Assembly: GCA_964404305.1 (NCBI GenBank)
Contig: CAYOJP010000001.1
Span: 28,663 to 82,939 of the forward strand
Reading direction: 5' to 3'
DNA length: 54,277 nucleotides
Origin: an uncultured Gammaproteobacteria bacterium
Lineage (GTDB): Bacteria; Pseudomonadota; Gammaproteobacteria; JADZEE01
Under the pieces are notes generated by a model. It worked only from the letters and a program-made list of their open reading frames with translations. It was not told the origin of the DNA and did not search any database. The position numbers and the translations under genes are program-made. Of this stretch, positions 27,529 to 36,517 are shown piece by piece. Position 1 is the stretch's first letter. The number at the start of each line of letters is the position of its first letter.

Positions 27529-28181
27529 TGCTCGAGCCCATCGCGCCGAAGATCCTCTCGGTGCGCCGCATCCCGGGCGCGAGCCCCGCGCTGCTGGCCG
27601 CCTACGGCGCCGACCCGGCGCGCCACGCGTCGCTCGGCCTGATCACGGCCGACCAGGACGACCCGACCTGCGTCGCGCTCGACGAGGCCACCAAGCACGC
27701 GCCCGTCGACGTCGTGTACGCGAGGAGCTTCTGGGCCGGCGCGCGCCACGCCTCGGGCCCGCTCTCGGGCGAGATCCTCGGCGTGCTGGCCGCCGCCGGC
27801 CCCGACGAGATCGACGAGGGCCTCGAGGCCGCGCTGCGCTGCCTGCAGCACGACGCCTGCTTCTACGCGGCCGACGAGGCCGGCCGCACGGCGGTCTTCC
27901 CGCACGTGGTCAGCGCGCTCGGTCAGTACCTCTCGCGGCAGGCCGGCCTCGCGCCCGGCGACCCGATGGCCTATCTCGTCGCGCCGCCGATGGAGGGCAC
28001 GCTCGGCCTCGACGCCGCGCTCAAGGCCGCGCGCGTGCGCCCGGCCGCCATCGCGCCGCCGCCGAGCGCGACCAACTTCATGTCGGCCTTCCTCTCCGGG
28101 CCGCTCGAGGAGTGCGAGGCCGCCGCGCAGGCCTTCGCGCAGGCCGTCGTCGACGTCGCGCGGCGGCCGCACGCGCGCTAG
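27528..28181 (+). CDS. eutL: EutL-like bacterial microcompartment shell protein (tandem BMC domain, BMC-T)
   Basis: The 217 aa ORF starts 1 nt inside the eutC stop. Its length and motifs match my recollection of E. coli EutL: SLGLITADQDD, LDEATKHAPVDVVYARS, FPHVVSALGQYLS, GDPMAYLVAPPMEGTLGLDAALKAA and PPPSATNFMSAFLSG. Confidence 0.8.
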   Translation: MLEPIAPKILSVRRIPGASPALLAAYGADPARHASLGLITADQDDPTCVALDEATKHAPVDVVYARSFWAGARHASGPLSGEILGVLAAAGPDEIDEGLEAALRCLQHDACFYAADEAGRTAVFPHVVSALGQYLSRQAGLAPGDPMAYLVAPPMEGTLGLDAALKAARVRPAAIAPPPSATNFMSAFLSGPLEECEAAAQAFAQAVVDVARRPHAR

Positions 28182-28299
28182 CCGCGCGCGGGAGCGGCAC
28201 CGCGCGACGGGCCGCTGCGGGTTAGGATGGCCACGCCGATCCCCGGCCTCGTTCCCCCGCCCGGGCCGCCGACGCCCGGGCGACTCTCCGGAGAACGCC

Positions 28300-30003
28300 A
28301 TGCGCGTGCCGAACGCCCTCGCCCTCTCGTTGCCGGTGCTGGCCGGCTGGCTGCTCGGCGCAGGCCTCGCCGCGCCGCTCGCCGCGCAGGTCGACGCGCC
28401 GCCCACGGCCTCGGTCGACTACGCCTGGGACAGCGGCTGGGTGTCCAACCTGACCGACCGGCAGCAGGTCGTGATCGCCTTCCCGGTGCGCTGGACCTCC
28501 GCGCGCTGGCTGCGGCTGTACTTCGACGAAGTCGCGCTCGCCGGAGACGTCCGCGACGGGAGCGGGTCGTTCCTGCGCATCCATTCGATCGAGGACGGCG
28601 CGCAACAGACCCTGAACGCCGAGCACGTCGCGCAGTGGAGCCGCTCGACGGCCTACTTCAACGGCGAACTGGTCTTCGTCGAGGTCGTCGCCCAGCCGGG
28701 CACCGGGCCCAACCGCGTCGTGTTGCGCTCGCTCGACGCGGGCCTCGCGACGGCGAAGAGCCAGTGCGGCGCCACCGACGACCGCGTGCCGAGCAACGAT
28801 CCGCGCGTGGGCCGCCTCATGCCGGTGGTCTGCACGGCGTGGATGATCGACGATTGCAACCACTGCTTCCTCTCGGCCGGGCACTGCGTCGGCTCGATCA
28901 ACACGGTGCAGTTCAACGTGCCGCTGAGCAGTTCGAGCGGCGCGCTCAACCACCCGCCGCCCGAGCACCAGTACGCCGTCGACCTCGCGTCGATCCAGAG
29001 CAACGGCGGGCTGGGGACCGGCAACGACTGGGCGTATTTCGGCTGCTTCCCCAACAGCAACACGGGGCTGCCGGCATACGTCGCGCAGGGCAGCTTCTTC
29101 ACGCTCGCGCCGCCGCCGCCCGTCGCGGGCAACAGCATCCGCATCACGGGCTACGGCGCCGACACCGGGGTCTTCGACAACACCCAGCAGACGCACGTGG
29201 GGCCCTTCGTGAGCGACAGCGGCACGACGCTCGGCTACCAGACCGACACGCAGGGCGGCAACAGCGGCTCGCCCGTGATCTGGGAGCAGGGCAACGTCGC
29301 CATCGGCATCCACACGCACGGCGGCTGCTCCTCGGGACAGAACAGCGGCACGGACCTGGCTTCGCACGCGGCCTTCCAGGCGGCGCTCGCCAACCCCAAG
29401 GGCATCTGCGGCGCCTGCGGTCCGCCGACGATCGGCGCGATCGCGCCGACCACGCTGAGCACCTTCCAGCCGGACACGCTGGTCATCACGGGCGCCAACC
29501 TCGTCGGCGCGCAGACCGTCGCGCTCGGCCCCGACGTGTACGGGCCGGGCGAGTTCGCCGTCATCGACGCCGGCCGCATCGAACTCGATGCCGCGCCGCC
29601 CGCCGCGCCGGGCAGCGCGGCGGTCGTCGTGACGACCTCGCAGGGCGCGAGCAACGCCCTCACGCTGACCTGGGCCGCGGCCGACCCGCCGCAACTGCTC
29701 GTCCCGCCCTTCGTGAGCGGCGGCACGAGCATGAGCTGGGAGTACGGCGGCGCGCCCGGTCACGACGCGTACCTGATCATCGCGTTCTCCGGCGCGACCT
29801 TCCCCTTCGCGGGCCACGAAATCCTCGCGGCGCCCACGATCCTGCAGGTCGCCCCGCTCGATGCGGCGGGACTGGGCGGCCTGACGCTGCAACTGCCGTC
29901 CACGAACCTGATCATCACGTTCTTCAGCCAGGTCGTGACGCTGAACGGCGGCGTCACCGGCGCGAGCAACCGGCCGCAGACGATCCTGTTCCCCGGAGGT
30001 TGA
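28300..30003 (+). CDS. Secreted trypsin-fold serine protease (S1B / glutamyl-endopeptidase-like) with IPT/TIG-like domain and shared C-terminal module
   Basis: The signal peptide is MRVPNALALSLPVLAGWLLGAGLAAPLAAQ. The catalytic triad context is FLSAGHCVG (His), GNDWAYFGC (Asp) and QGGNSGSPVIW (Ser). This is followed by PPTIGAIAPTTLSTFQPDTLVITGANLVGAQTVALG (IPT-like). Confidence 0.75.
   Translation: MRVPNALALSLPVLAGWLLGAGLAAPLAAQVDAPPTASVDYAWDSGWVSNLTDRQQVVIAFPVRWTSARWLRLYFDEVALAGDVRDGSGSFLRIHSIEDGAQQTLNAEHVAQWSRSTAYFNGELVFVEVVAQPGTGPNRVVLRSLDAGLATAKSQCGATDDRVPSNDPRVGRLMPVVCTAWMIDDCNHCFLSAGHCVGSINTVQFNVPLSSSSGALNHPPPEHQYAVDLASIQSNGGLGTGNDWAYFGCFPNSNTGLPAYVAQGSFFTLAPPPPVAGNSIRITGYGADTGVFDNTQQTHVGPFVSDSGTTLGYQTDTQGGNSGSPVIWEQGNVAIGIHTHGGCSSGQNSGTDLASHAAFQAALANPKGICGACGPPTIGAIAPTTLSTFQPDTLVITGANLVGAQTVALGPDVYGPGEFAVIDAGRIELDAAPPAAPGSAAVVVTTSQGASNALTLTWAAADPPQLLVPPFVSGGTSMSWEYGGAPGHDAYLIIAFSGATFPFAGHEILAAPTILQVAPLDAAGLGGLTLQLPSTNLIITFFSQVVTLNGGVTGASNRPQTILFPGG
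29659..30003 (+). other. Shared C-terminal module, subtype II (last ~114 aa of the protease)
   Basis: The module reads ...GGAPGHDAYLIIAFSGATFPFAGHEILAAPTILQVAPLDAAGLGGLTLQLPSTNLIITFFSQVVTLNGGVTGASNRPQTILFPGG. It aligns with the modules at 34817-35182 and 41142-41507. Confidence 0.5.
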
Positions 30004-30018
30004 GCGCGTCCTGCGCGC

Positions 30019-32826
30019 TCAGTCCGTCGGCAGGGCCAGCCGCCGCGCGAGGCGCAGGCCGAGCTGCCCGACGCGCTGTTCGCCGTGCGTGCGGATGCGG
30101 AAGGCCGAGGAGCACTGCGCCGGCACGGTGCTCCAGGCACCTCCGACGGAGGTGTAGAACGGCCCCGATCCCCCTGGCTGTCCGCCGTCGCCCGGATCGG
30201 CGTCCCGCGGCGCGTCGGCATGCGGGTCCCGCGTCCACTCGGCGACGTTTCCGATCGTGTCGTACAGCCCGAACGCGTTGGGCCGGAAGCTGCCGACGGG
30301 CGCATGGCTGGCGAATCCGTCGTCGAGGAGCGCCTCGTGCGGCCAGGCGATGTCGGCCTGCCGCGCGAGGCTGGCGTCCGAGACGTTGCCGGCGCCCTGC
30401 AGGCTGCCGACGTCGCCGCCGGTCCACCACGCCTGCGTCGAGCCGGCGCGAGCGGCGTACTCCCACTGCGCCTGCGTGGGCAGGACGTGTCCGAAGCGCG
30501 CCGCCAGTTCGCGCGCCTCGCCCCAGGTCACGCTCTCGACGGGATGATCGGGACCGTACCGCTCCGTGGCCTGCCGGGCCTCGGCCTCCGACGACGCGTA
30601 GGCGCTCGGGTTGCTCCCCATGCCGCGTTCCCACTGCGCCTGCGTCACCTCGTACGCGGCGATGAAGAACGGGTCGAGCCGCACGCTCTGCACGCGCCAC
30701 GTGTCCGGCGTCGCCGAGGGGTCGTAGTTGGGGGCCTCGGGGTCGCTGCCCTGCCCGCCGAACAGGAACGTCCCGCCGGGCAGCAGCACGAACAGCGGGC
30801 CGCTCGCCTCGCTCATCGCGTAGCGGCCGTCGGCCGTCGCCACGGGGCGCTCGCCCAGTTGCACGTCCCAGAACTCCCAGAGCCCCGTGGCCGCGTTGCG
30901 CCCCAGCGGCACGAGGCCGAGCTGCGGCACGATGCGCAGTCCGCCATAGGCCGGGCAGGCGTCGGGATCGGCGATCGACGCGATGGCCTGCTCCCAGAGC
31001 GCCGCGGGTTCGATGAGCGAAACGCGCTGCAGGTCGCGCGCGCGCGCCAGCCGCCGCTCGACGCCGGGGACGGTCTGCGCCGAGAACCTGTCCAGGCCGT
31101 CGATCAGCGCGCTCAGCGTCGCGTGCCACCAGGAGTCTTCCTGCGACGCGAAGCGCGGACTCGCGGGATCGCCGCCCGGCTCGGCGCGCGCCGCCAGGGC
31201 CGCGAGCGTCGCGCGGTGGGCGTCGTTCCGCCCGAGCAGCGCGCGCGCCGCGTCGAGCCAGGCGGCCAGCGCCGGAACGTGCTCGGGGTCGGCGGGCCAC
31301 AGCAGCGCCTCCTCGCGCTGCAACTGTTCGAGGCGCTGCACGTCCGAGAGGCGCAGCACGTCGGCGAGGTTGCGATCGGCCTCGCCCTGCGCGGCCTGCG
31401 CGATCGCCCGCCCCCGCGCCTCGACGTGCGACGAGTAGAGCAGGCCCCCGTACACTGCCGCGAGCACGGCCGCAGCGGCGCCTGCCAAGAGGCGGTTGCG
31501 GCGCACCCACTTGCGCGCCTCGGCCCACGCCCCCGTCTCGTAGGCACGCACGACGCGGCTCTCGAGGAACGCGCGCAGGTCCTCCGCCAGCTCGGCCATG
31601 CTCGCGTAGCGCGCCGGAGCCTCCCGCGCCATGGCCTTCTCGCAGATCGCCGCGAGTTCGGGGGGCACGGCAGGCACGAGCCGCTGCAGCGGAACGGGCG
31701 GCCCGCGCCGGACCAGGGCCAGCACGTCGAGCGGCGACGACCGCCCCGCGTCCGTGAACGGCGCCCTCCCCGCGAGCACGTGGTAGAGGATCGCTCCGAG
31801 CGCGTAGACGTCGGCCGCCGGGCCGAGCAGCGCCACCTGCCCCGAGGCCTGCTCGGGCGCCATGTACGAAGGCGTTCCGACGACGTCGCCCTCGAGCGTG
31901 AGCAGCGAGGAGCCGGGGGCCGCGTCGCGGCGCTCGCTGCGCAACCCGGACTCCGCGGGCTCGTGCTCGGCTGCGGCCAGCACCCGCGCGAGTCCCCAGT
32001 CCATCACGTACACCTCGCCGTACTCGCCGAGCATGATGTTGGCCGGCTTCAGGTCGCGGTGCACGACGCCGCGATCGTGCGCGAAGGACATGGCCTCCGC
32101 GACGCGCACCAGGCTGCCGACGAGGCGCGTCGTGTTCCAGGGGGACGGCGCCGCGCCGGCCGACGCGGCGCGCGCTTCGAGCACCTCGTGCAGCGAGCGC
32201 CCCTTCACGAGCTTCATCGTGAAGTAGACCGCGCCCTGCGCGTCGAGCCCGAGGTCGTGCACCGGCACGATCGCGGGATGGTCGAGCTGCGCCGTCACCT
32301 GCGCCTCCTCGACGAAGCGCCCGAGGCGGCGCGTGCTGCCCGGCGCCGGCCGCCCGGGACCGGCCGCGGCCGCGCCGTCGCGCAGCACCTTCATCGCGAC
32401 GTGACGCTGAAGCGTGGCGTCGAAGGCGCGTCGGACGACGCCCTGCGCGCCGCGCGCGATCTCGCCGCCGTCGACGTAGCGGTGCGCCGGGCCGGCCGCG
32501 TCCGCCAGCTTCGCGATGACGTCCGCGAGCTGCGCCACGCGCGGTTCGCGCCCGCCGGCGCCCGGCGACCCCGGCTCCGACGAGCCGCCGCGCCACCCGC
32601 TCAACGACGCGGGGGGCGGCAGCGGTTCCTGCAGCAGGGCCGACGCGCGCTGCCGGTTCGCCAGCTCCCAGCAGGCGCCCAGCTCGCGCAGTTCTCCGGC
32701 GAGCGCGGGATGCGCGCGACACAGCGCCTCGACATCGAGCCGCTCGTCGCGCGCGAGCCCCTCGAGGAGCACCCGCTCGGCCGTCTCCGACGCACGTGCG
32801 TCCTGCGGATCAAGAGGCGAGCCCAC
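30019..32826 (-). CDS. Ser/Thr protein kinase with TM helix and extracytoplasmic FGE-sulfatase (SUMF1-like) domain
   Basis: The 935 aa ORF has a GTG start 1 nt after the sigma gene stop. Kinase motifs are VAMKVL, VHRDLKPANIML, DWGLA and APEQ. The TM helix is LLAGAAAAVLAAVYGGLLYS. C-terminal FGE-type motifs are YEVTQAQWE, HPVESVTWGEARE, LPTQAQWEYAARAG, NAFGLYDTIGNVAEWT and GGAWS. Confidence 0.9.
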   Translation of the reverse strand: MGSPLDPQDARASETAERVLLEGLARDERLDVEALCRAHPALAGELRELGACWELANRQRASALLQEPLPPPASLSGWRGGSSEPGSPGAGGREPRVAQLADVIAKLADAAGPAHRYVDGGEIARGAQGVVRRAFDATLQRHVAMKVLRDGAAAAGPGRPAPGSTRRLGRFVEEAQVTAQLDHPAIVPVHDLGLDAQGAVYFTMKLVKGRSLHEVLEARAASAGAAPSPWNTTRLVGSLVRVAEAMSFAHDRGVVHRDLKPANIMLGEYGEVYVMDWGLARVLAAAEHEPAESGLRSERRDAAPGSSLLTLEGDVVGTPSYMAPEQASGQVALLGPAADVYALGAILYHVLAGRAPFTDAGRSSPLDVLALVRRGPPVPLQRLVPAVPPELAAICEKAMAREAPARYASMAELAEDLRAFLESRVVRAYETGAWAEARKWVRRNRLLAGAAAAVLAAVYGGLLYSSHVEARGRAIAQAAQGEADRNLADVLRLSDVQRLEQLQREEALLWPADPEHVPALAAWLDAARALLGRNDAHRATLAALAARAEPGGDPASPRFASQEDSWWHATLSALIDGLDRFSAQTVPGVERRLARARDLQRVSLIEPAALWEQAIASIADPDACPAYGGLRIVPQLGLVPLGRNAATGLWEFWDVQLGERPVATADGRYAMSEASGPLFVLLPGGTFLFGGQGSDPEAPNYDPSATPDTWRVQSVRLDPFFIAAYEVTQAQWERGMGSNPSAYASSEAEARQATERYGPDHPVESVTWGEARELAARFGHVLPTQAQWEYAARAGSTQAWWTGGDVGSLQGAGNVSDASLARQADIAWPHEALLDDGFASHAPVGSFRPNAFGLYDTIGNVAEWTRDPHADAPRDADPGDGGQPGGSGPFYTSVGGAWSTVPAQCSSAFRIRTHGEQRVGQLGLRLARRLALPTD

Positions 32827-32827
32827 G

Positions 32828-33502
32828 TCAGGCCTGCAGACGCGTTCGCAGCAGGCCGCCGAGCTTGAGCTGCGCGCGGCGGTACAGCTCCTGCGTCGCG
32901 TGCACGTTGGGTCGACCGAGCTGCTCGCAGACCTCGGTCCACTCGAGCATCGCGTAGTCCCGGAGCAGGATCACGTCCCTGTGAACGGGATCGAGCCGCG
33001 CGACACACGCGTCGTAGTTCGCGCGCAACTCGCGCCGCGAGGCGTCCTCGCTGGGCGTCGGACCCGGCGCGGCGGGGAAGACGGCGGGCGCCGCGTCGGA
33101 CGGGGAATCGGCCCGCGATCCCGGGTCGGCCTCGCTCCCCGCGCGCTCGCGCCGGACGTCGCGCCGCGCGGCGTGCAGCCGGTCGGCCGCGTCGAGCACC
33201 TGGTTCTCGGCGATGCGCGCGAGCCAGCGGATGATGCTGCCGTGGCCGCGCGGCTCGAAATCCGGCAGTCCGCGGAGGGCGGCGGCCCAGGTGTCCTGCG
33301 CGAGGTCGAGCGAATCGAGCACGCCGCGCAGACGGGATCCGATGCGGATGCTCACGATCCGCCGCACGCGATCCTGGTAGCGCAGCACGAGGTCGTTCAG
33401 GGCCGCCCGGTCGCCCTGCCGGCCGCGGCGCACGAGTTCGAGCGACTCGGCCAGTTCGGGCGGCGGGTGCAGGACGGACGCATCCGGGCCGGAGTCGGTC
33501 AT
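32828..33502 (-). CDS. ECF-type RNA polymerase sigma-70 factor (kinase-associated)
   Basis: The ATG at 33502 gives 224 aa. The sigma-2 region reads LNDLVLRYQDRVRRIV...DLAQDTWAAALRGL...WLARIAENQVLD. A long Pro/Ser/Asp linker follows. The sigma-4 region reads RDVILLRDYAMLEWTEVCEQLGRPNVHATQELYRRAQLKL. Confidence 0.85.
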   Translation of the reverse strand: MTDSGPDASVLHPPPELAESLELVRRGRQGDRAALNDLVLRYQDRVRRIVSIRIGSRLRGVLDSLDLAQDTWAAALRGLPDFEPRGHGSIIRWLARIAENQVLDAADRLHAARRDVRRERAGSEADPGSRADSPSDAAPAVFPAAPGPTPSEDASRRELRANYDACVARLDPVHRDVILLRDYAMLEWTEVCEQLGRPNVHATQELYRRAQLKLGGLLRTRLQA

Positions 33503-33661
33503 GCGGGCCGCGATCCTAGCACGGGGCGCCGGGCGCCCGGGGGGCGGCGCCGGCGGCGCGTGGGACGCGCGCCCCGATTCCGTTGAGGGGATCGACGCCC
33601 ACCGGCCGGCCCGCGTCGGGCCGGCGGCTCGCGGCGCACCCGCGTTTCCGGAATCCCGCCC

Positions 33662-35182
33662 ATGCACGCCGCCCGCCCGTCCCTGCGCCTCGTCGCCCTG
33701 CTCTCGGCGCTCTCGCTGGCACCGACCGCGCACGCCGACGACCTGCAGGTCTTCACCGATCAGGCCGCCTTTCTCGCCGCCACCGGCGCGACGAACGCCA
33801 CCGGGCCGCTGCCGGACCTCGGGCTCGTGAGTTCCGCCACCGTCGGCAGCATCACGTTCAGCGTCGCGCCCGGCGGCGACTACCTGGCCATCGGCGCGTC
33901 GGGCACGCCCGCCGAGCCCGACTGGACCGCGCTGCTCGACGGGCACGACATCGCGCTCGGCTACGAGAACCTGCAGCTCGATGCCGACACGCCGGTGTAC
34001 GCGCTGGGCATCGAGTTCGCGCAGCCCGACGCGACGATGCCGAGCTGGGGCGGCACGCCGGTCGATTCGACCTTCGAGATCTCGCTCTGGGACGGCGCCA
34101 CGCTCGTCGGGCAGGTGCAGCTGGCGTCGCTGCCCGTCGATGTCGCGAGCTTCCTCGGGGTGTGGAGCGCGGCGGCCTTCACGACGGTCACGATCATCGA
34201 CGTCACGGAGACCAGCTTCATCGACGACAACGAGTACTTCGGCCAGGCCTGGACGGGCGACGTGCCGGCGCCGCCGCGCATCTCGCTCGCGCCCTGCACC
34301 GACAAGGAGCTGTTCCTGCTCGAGACGGGGGCGGTCAGCGTCACGGGGCCCCTGCCCGACCTGGGCCTGGTCGATTCCGTGCGGCTCGGCAGCGTCACCT
34401 TCGGCATCGGCCCGGGCGGCGACGACCTGATCGTCGGCGCCTTCGGCACGCCGGCCGCGCCCGACTGGTGCCCGCAGATCCCCGGCCACGACTTCGCGCA
34501 GGGTTACGAGAACCTGCAGGTCGACTTCGACGGCTACGTCACGGCCTTCGGCTGCGACTTCGTGCAGCCCGACGCGACCATGCCGCCCTTCGGCGGCACG
34601 CCGGTCGACTCGACCTACGAGGTCTCGCTCTACGACGGCGACACGCTCCTCGGCACGGTGACGTTCTCCTCGATCCCGGTCGACGTGCTGACCTTCCTCG
34701 GCGTGTGCAGCGACACGCCCTTCAACCGCGCGATCCTCGTCGACGTGACGCCGAGCTCCTACGTCGACGACGACGAGTTCTACGGCGAGTTCTATGCGGC
34801 GCCGAGCCCCGGCCCCTGGAGCAACCTCGGGCACGGCCTGACCGGCGTGTTCGGCGACCCGCTGCTGTCCGGCACGGGCACGCTGCTGGCCGGCGAGCCC
34901 GGCACGCTCGTGCTGCAGCGCGCGACGCCCTCCGCGCCGGCCTATCTGTTCGTCGCGCTCGGCAGCGCGCCGACGCCCTTCAAGTGCGGCACGCTGGTGA
35001 CGGTGCCGGTGCTCGCGACGATGGTCTTCGCGACCGACACGCTCGGCGAGGTTCCGCTGGCCTGGCCGGCCTGGCCGGCGGGCCTCTCGGGACTGAGCCT
35101 GTCCTTCCAGTACGCGCTGCCCGACGCGGCGGCCGTCTGCGGCGTCGCGCTCAGCAACGGACTGCGCGCCGACCTGCCCTGA
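33662..35182 (+). CDS. Secreted protein of unknown function: two tandem copies of a ~170 aa uncharacterised domain plus shared C-terminal module
   Basis: The 506 aa ORF has the signal peptide MHAARPSLRLVALLSALSLAPTAHA. Its internal duplication is described under the repeat feature. High GC3 is maintained throughout. Confidence 0.7.
   Translation: MHAARPSLRLVALLSALSLAPTAHADDLQVFTDQAAFLAATGATNATGPLPDLGLVSSATVGSITFSVAPGGDYLAIGASGTPAEPDWTALLDGHDIALGYENLQLDADTPVYALGIEFAQPDATMPSWGGTPVDSTFEISLWDGATLVGQVQLASLPVDVASFLGVWSAAAFTTVTIIDVTETSFIDDNEYFGQAWTGDVPAPPRISLAPCTDKELFLLETGAVSVTGPLPDLGLVDSVRLGSVTFGIGPGGDDLIVGAFGTPAAPDWCPQIPGHDFAQGYENLQVDFDGYVTAFGCDFVQPDATMPPFGGTPVDSTYEVSLYDGDTLLGTVTFSSIPVDVLTFLGVCSDTPFNRAILVDVTPSSYVDDDEFYGEFYAAPSPGPWSNLGHGLTGVFGDPLLSGTGTLLAGEPGTLVLQRATPSAPAYLFVALGSAPTPFKCGTLVTVPVLATMVFATDTLGEVPLAWPAWPAGLSGLSLSFQYALPDAAAVCGVALSNGLRADLP
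33740..34795 (+). repeat. Intragenic tandem duplication (protein-level repeat, period 180 aa / 540 nt)
   Basis: Copy 1 reads TGPLPDLGLVSSATVGSITFSVAPGGDYLAIGASGTPAEPDW...GHDIALGYENLQLDADTPVYALGIEFAQPDATMPSWGGTPVDSTFEISLWDGATLVG...LPVDVASFLGVWS...DVTETSFIDDNEYFG. Copy 2 reads TGPLPDLGLVDSVRLGSVTFGIGPGGDDLIVGAFGTPAAPDW...GHDFAQGYENLQVDFDGYVTAFGCDFVQPDATMPPFGGTPVDSTYEVSLYDGDTLLG...IPVDVLTFLGVCS...DVTPSSYVDDDEFYG. Synonymous positions have diverged, so the duplication is old. Confidence 0.85.
34817..35182 (+). other. Shared C-terminal module, subtype II (last ~121 aa)
   Basis: The module reads WSNLGHGLTGVFGDPLLSGTGTLLAGEPGTLVLQRATPSAPAYLFVALGSAPTPFKCGTLVTVPVLATMVFATDTLGEVPLAWPAWPAGLSGLSLSFQYALPDAAAVCGVALSNGLRADLP. 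Confidence 0.6.
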
Positions 35183-35355
35183 GTCGACGTCGGGCGAGCG
35201 GCCGTCGGAACTCGTGCGCGGCGCCCCCGGGCGCGCGGCGAACTCCGGCGGCCGCTCGTCGAGCGTTGCGCCGCTTCGCGCCGGTGCGCTAGAAGGATGC
35301 GCCGGCCGCGCGCCCCGGGGGCGCCGCGCCGTTCCGCTCAGGGAGGGTCCGACCG

Positions 35356-36513
35356 GTGAAGCACGTCGTTCGCGCCCTCCTCGCGGCGGGCCTGCCGGCC
35401 CTCGGCGCGACGTTGCCGGGCTGCGGCCCGCCGGCGCCGCCCGCCGCGCCGCAGCCGCCCGAAGTGCGGGTCGTCGCCGTCGAGGAGCGCGACGTCCCGC
35501 TGGACTTCGAACTCGTCGGCCAGACGAAGGGCTCGCGGAACATCGAGATCCGCGCGCGCGTCTCGGGCTACCTGCTGAGCGCGGACTTCGCCGAGGGCGA
35601 GCCGGTCGCCCTCGACCAGCAGCTCTACGTGATCGATCGGCGCCCCTTCGAGGCCGCGCTCGCGCGCGCCGAGGGCGACGTCGCGCTGGCCCGCGCCGAC
35701 GTGGGTCGCGCCGAGCAGGACGTCGCGCGCCTGCAGCCGCTGGTCGCGGAGAACGCCGTGCCGCGGCAGGACTACGAGACGGCCGTCTCGCTGCTGCGCG
35801 CCGCCGAGGCCCGGCTGGTCTCGGCGCAGGCCCTCGAGCAGAGCGCGCGGATCGATCTGGGCTTCACCGTCATCCGCTCCCCGGTGGCCGGGCTGGTCGG
35901 CGAGAACAAGGTGTCGGCGGGCAACCTGGTCACGGCCGGCGAGAGCCTGCTGACGACCGTCTCGGTGATCGACCCGATCCATGCGCGCTTCAGCCTCAGC
36001 GAGCAGGAGTACCTGCGGCTGATGCGCGCGCGGCTGGCGGGCGAGCTGCCCGAGCGCGACGAGGACGCGCGGCCCTTCGAGATCATCCTGGCCGACGGCA
36101 GCCTGCACCCCGAGCGCGGCCGCGTCGCCTTCCTCGACCGCAGCGTCGACGCCCGCACCGGCACGCTCAACGTCGAGGCCAGCTTCCCCAATCCCGACGG
36201 GCTGCTGCGCCCGGGGCAGTTCGCGCGCGTCCGCGTCCAGCTCGAGCTGCGGGCCGGCGCCCGGCTCGTCCCGCAGCGCGCGGTCCGGGAGCTGCAGGCC
36301 ACGTTCCAGGTGGCGGTCGTGCACGCCGACGGCCGCGTCGAGCTGCGCACCGTCGCGCCCGGGCCGCGCGTCGGGACCGCGTGGATCATCGAGGAGGGCC
36401 TGCAGCCCGGCGAGCGGGTGATCGTGGACGGACTGCAGAAGGTGCGCGACGGCATGGTCGTGCGCGCCTCGCCCCTGCCGCCGGAGCCGGCCGCCGCTCC
36501 GGCCGGCGGCTGA
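35356..36513 (+). CDS. Efflux RND transporter periplasmic adaptor (membrane fusion protein) lipoprotein
   Basis: The 385 aa ORF has a GTG start preceded by GGGAGGG and a lipobox (LPGCG). Coiled-coil hairpin and barrel regions typical of the AcrA/MexA family are present ([35 protein letters not shown]). Confidence 0.9.
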   Translation: MKHVVRALLAAGLPALGATLPGCGPPAPPAAPQPPEVRVVAVEERDVPLDFELVGQTKGSRNIEIRARVSGYLLSADFAEGEPVALDQQLYVIDRRPFEAALARAEGDVALARADVGRAEQDVARLQPLVAENAVPRQDYETAVSLLRAAEARLVSAQALEQSARIDLGFTVIRSPVAGLVGENKVSAGNLVTAGESLLTTVSVIDPIHARFSLSEQEYLRLMRARLAGELPERDEDARPFEIILADGSLHPERGRVAFLDRSVDARTGTLNVEASFPNPDGLLRPGQFARVRVQLELRAGARLVPQRAVRELQATFQVAVVHADGRVELRTVAPGPRVGTAWIIEEGLQPGERVIVDGLQKVRDGMVVRASPLPPEPAAAPAGG

Positions 36514-36517
36514 GCCC

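Noticed and set aside
28222-32868. Several 550-930 aa ORFs (28222..29892 -, 28227..30665 +, 29954..32722 -, 30085..32868 +) overlapping the protease and FGE-kinase genes
   Set aside because: Arg/Ala/Pro/Gly-rich shadows. The real frames are identified by catalytic motifs.
32828-34834. 668 aa - strand ORF
   Set aside because: Only the C-terminal 224 aa (sigma factor, ATG at 33502) is credible. The rest is antisense to the duplicated-domain exoprotein gene.
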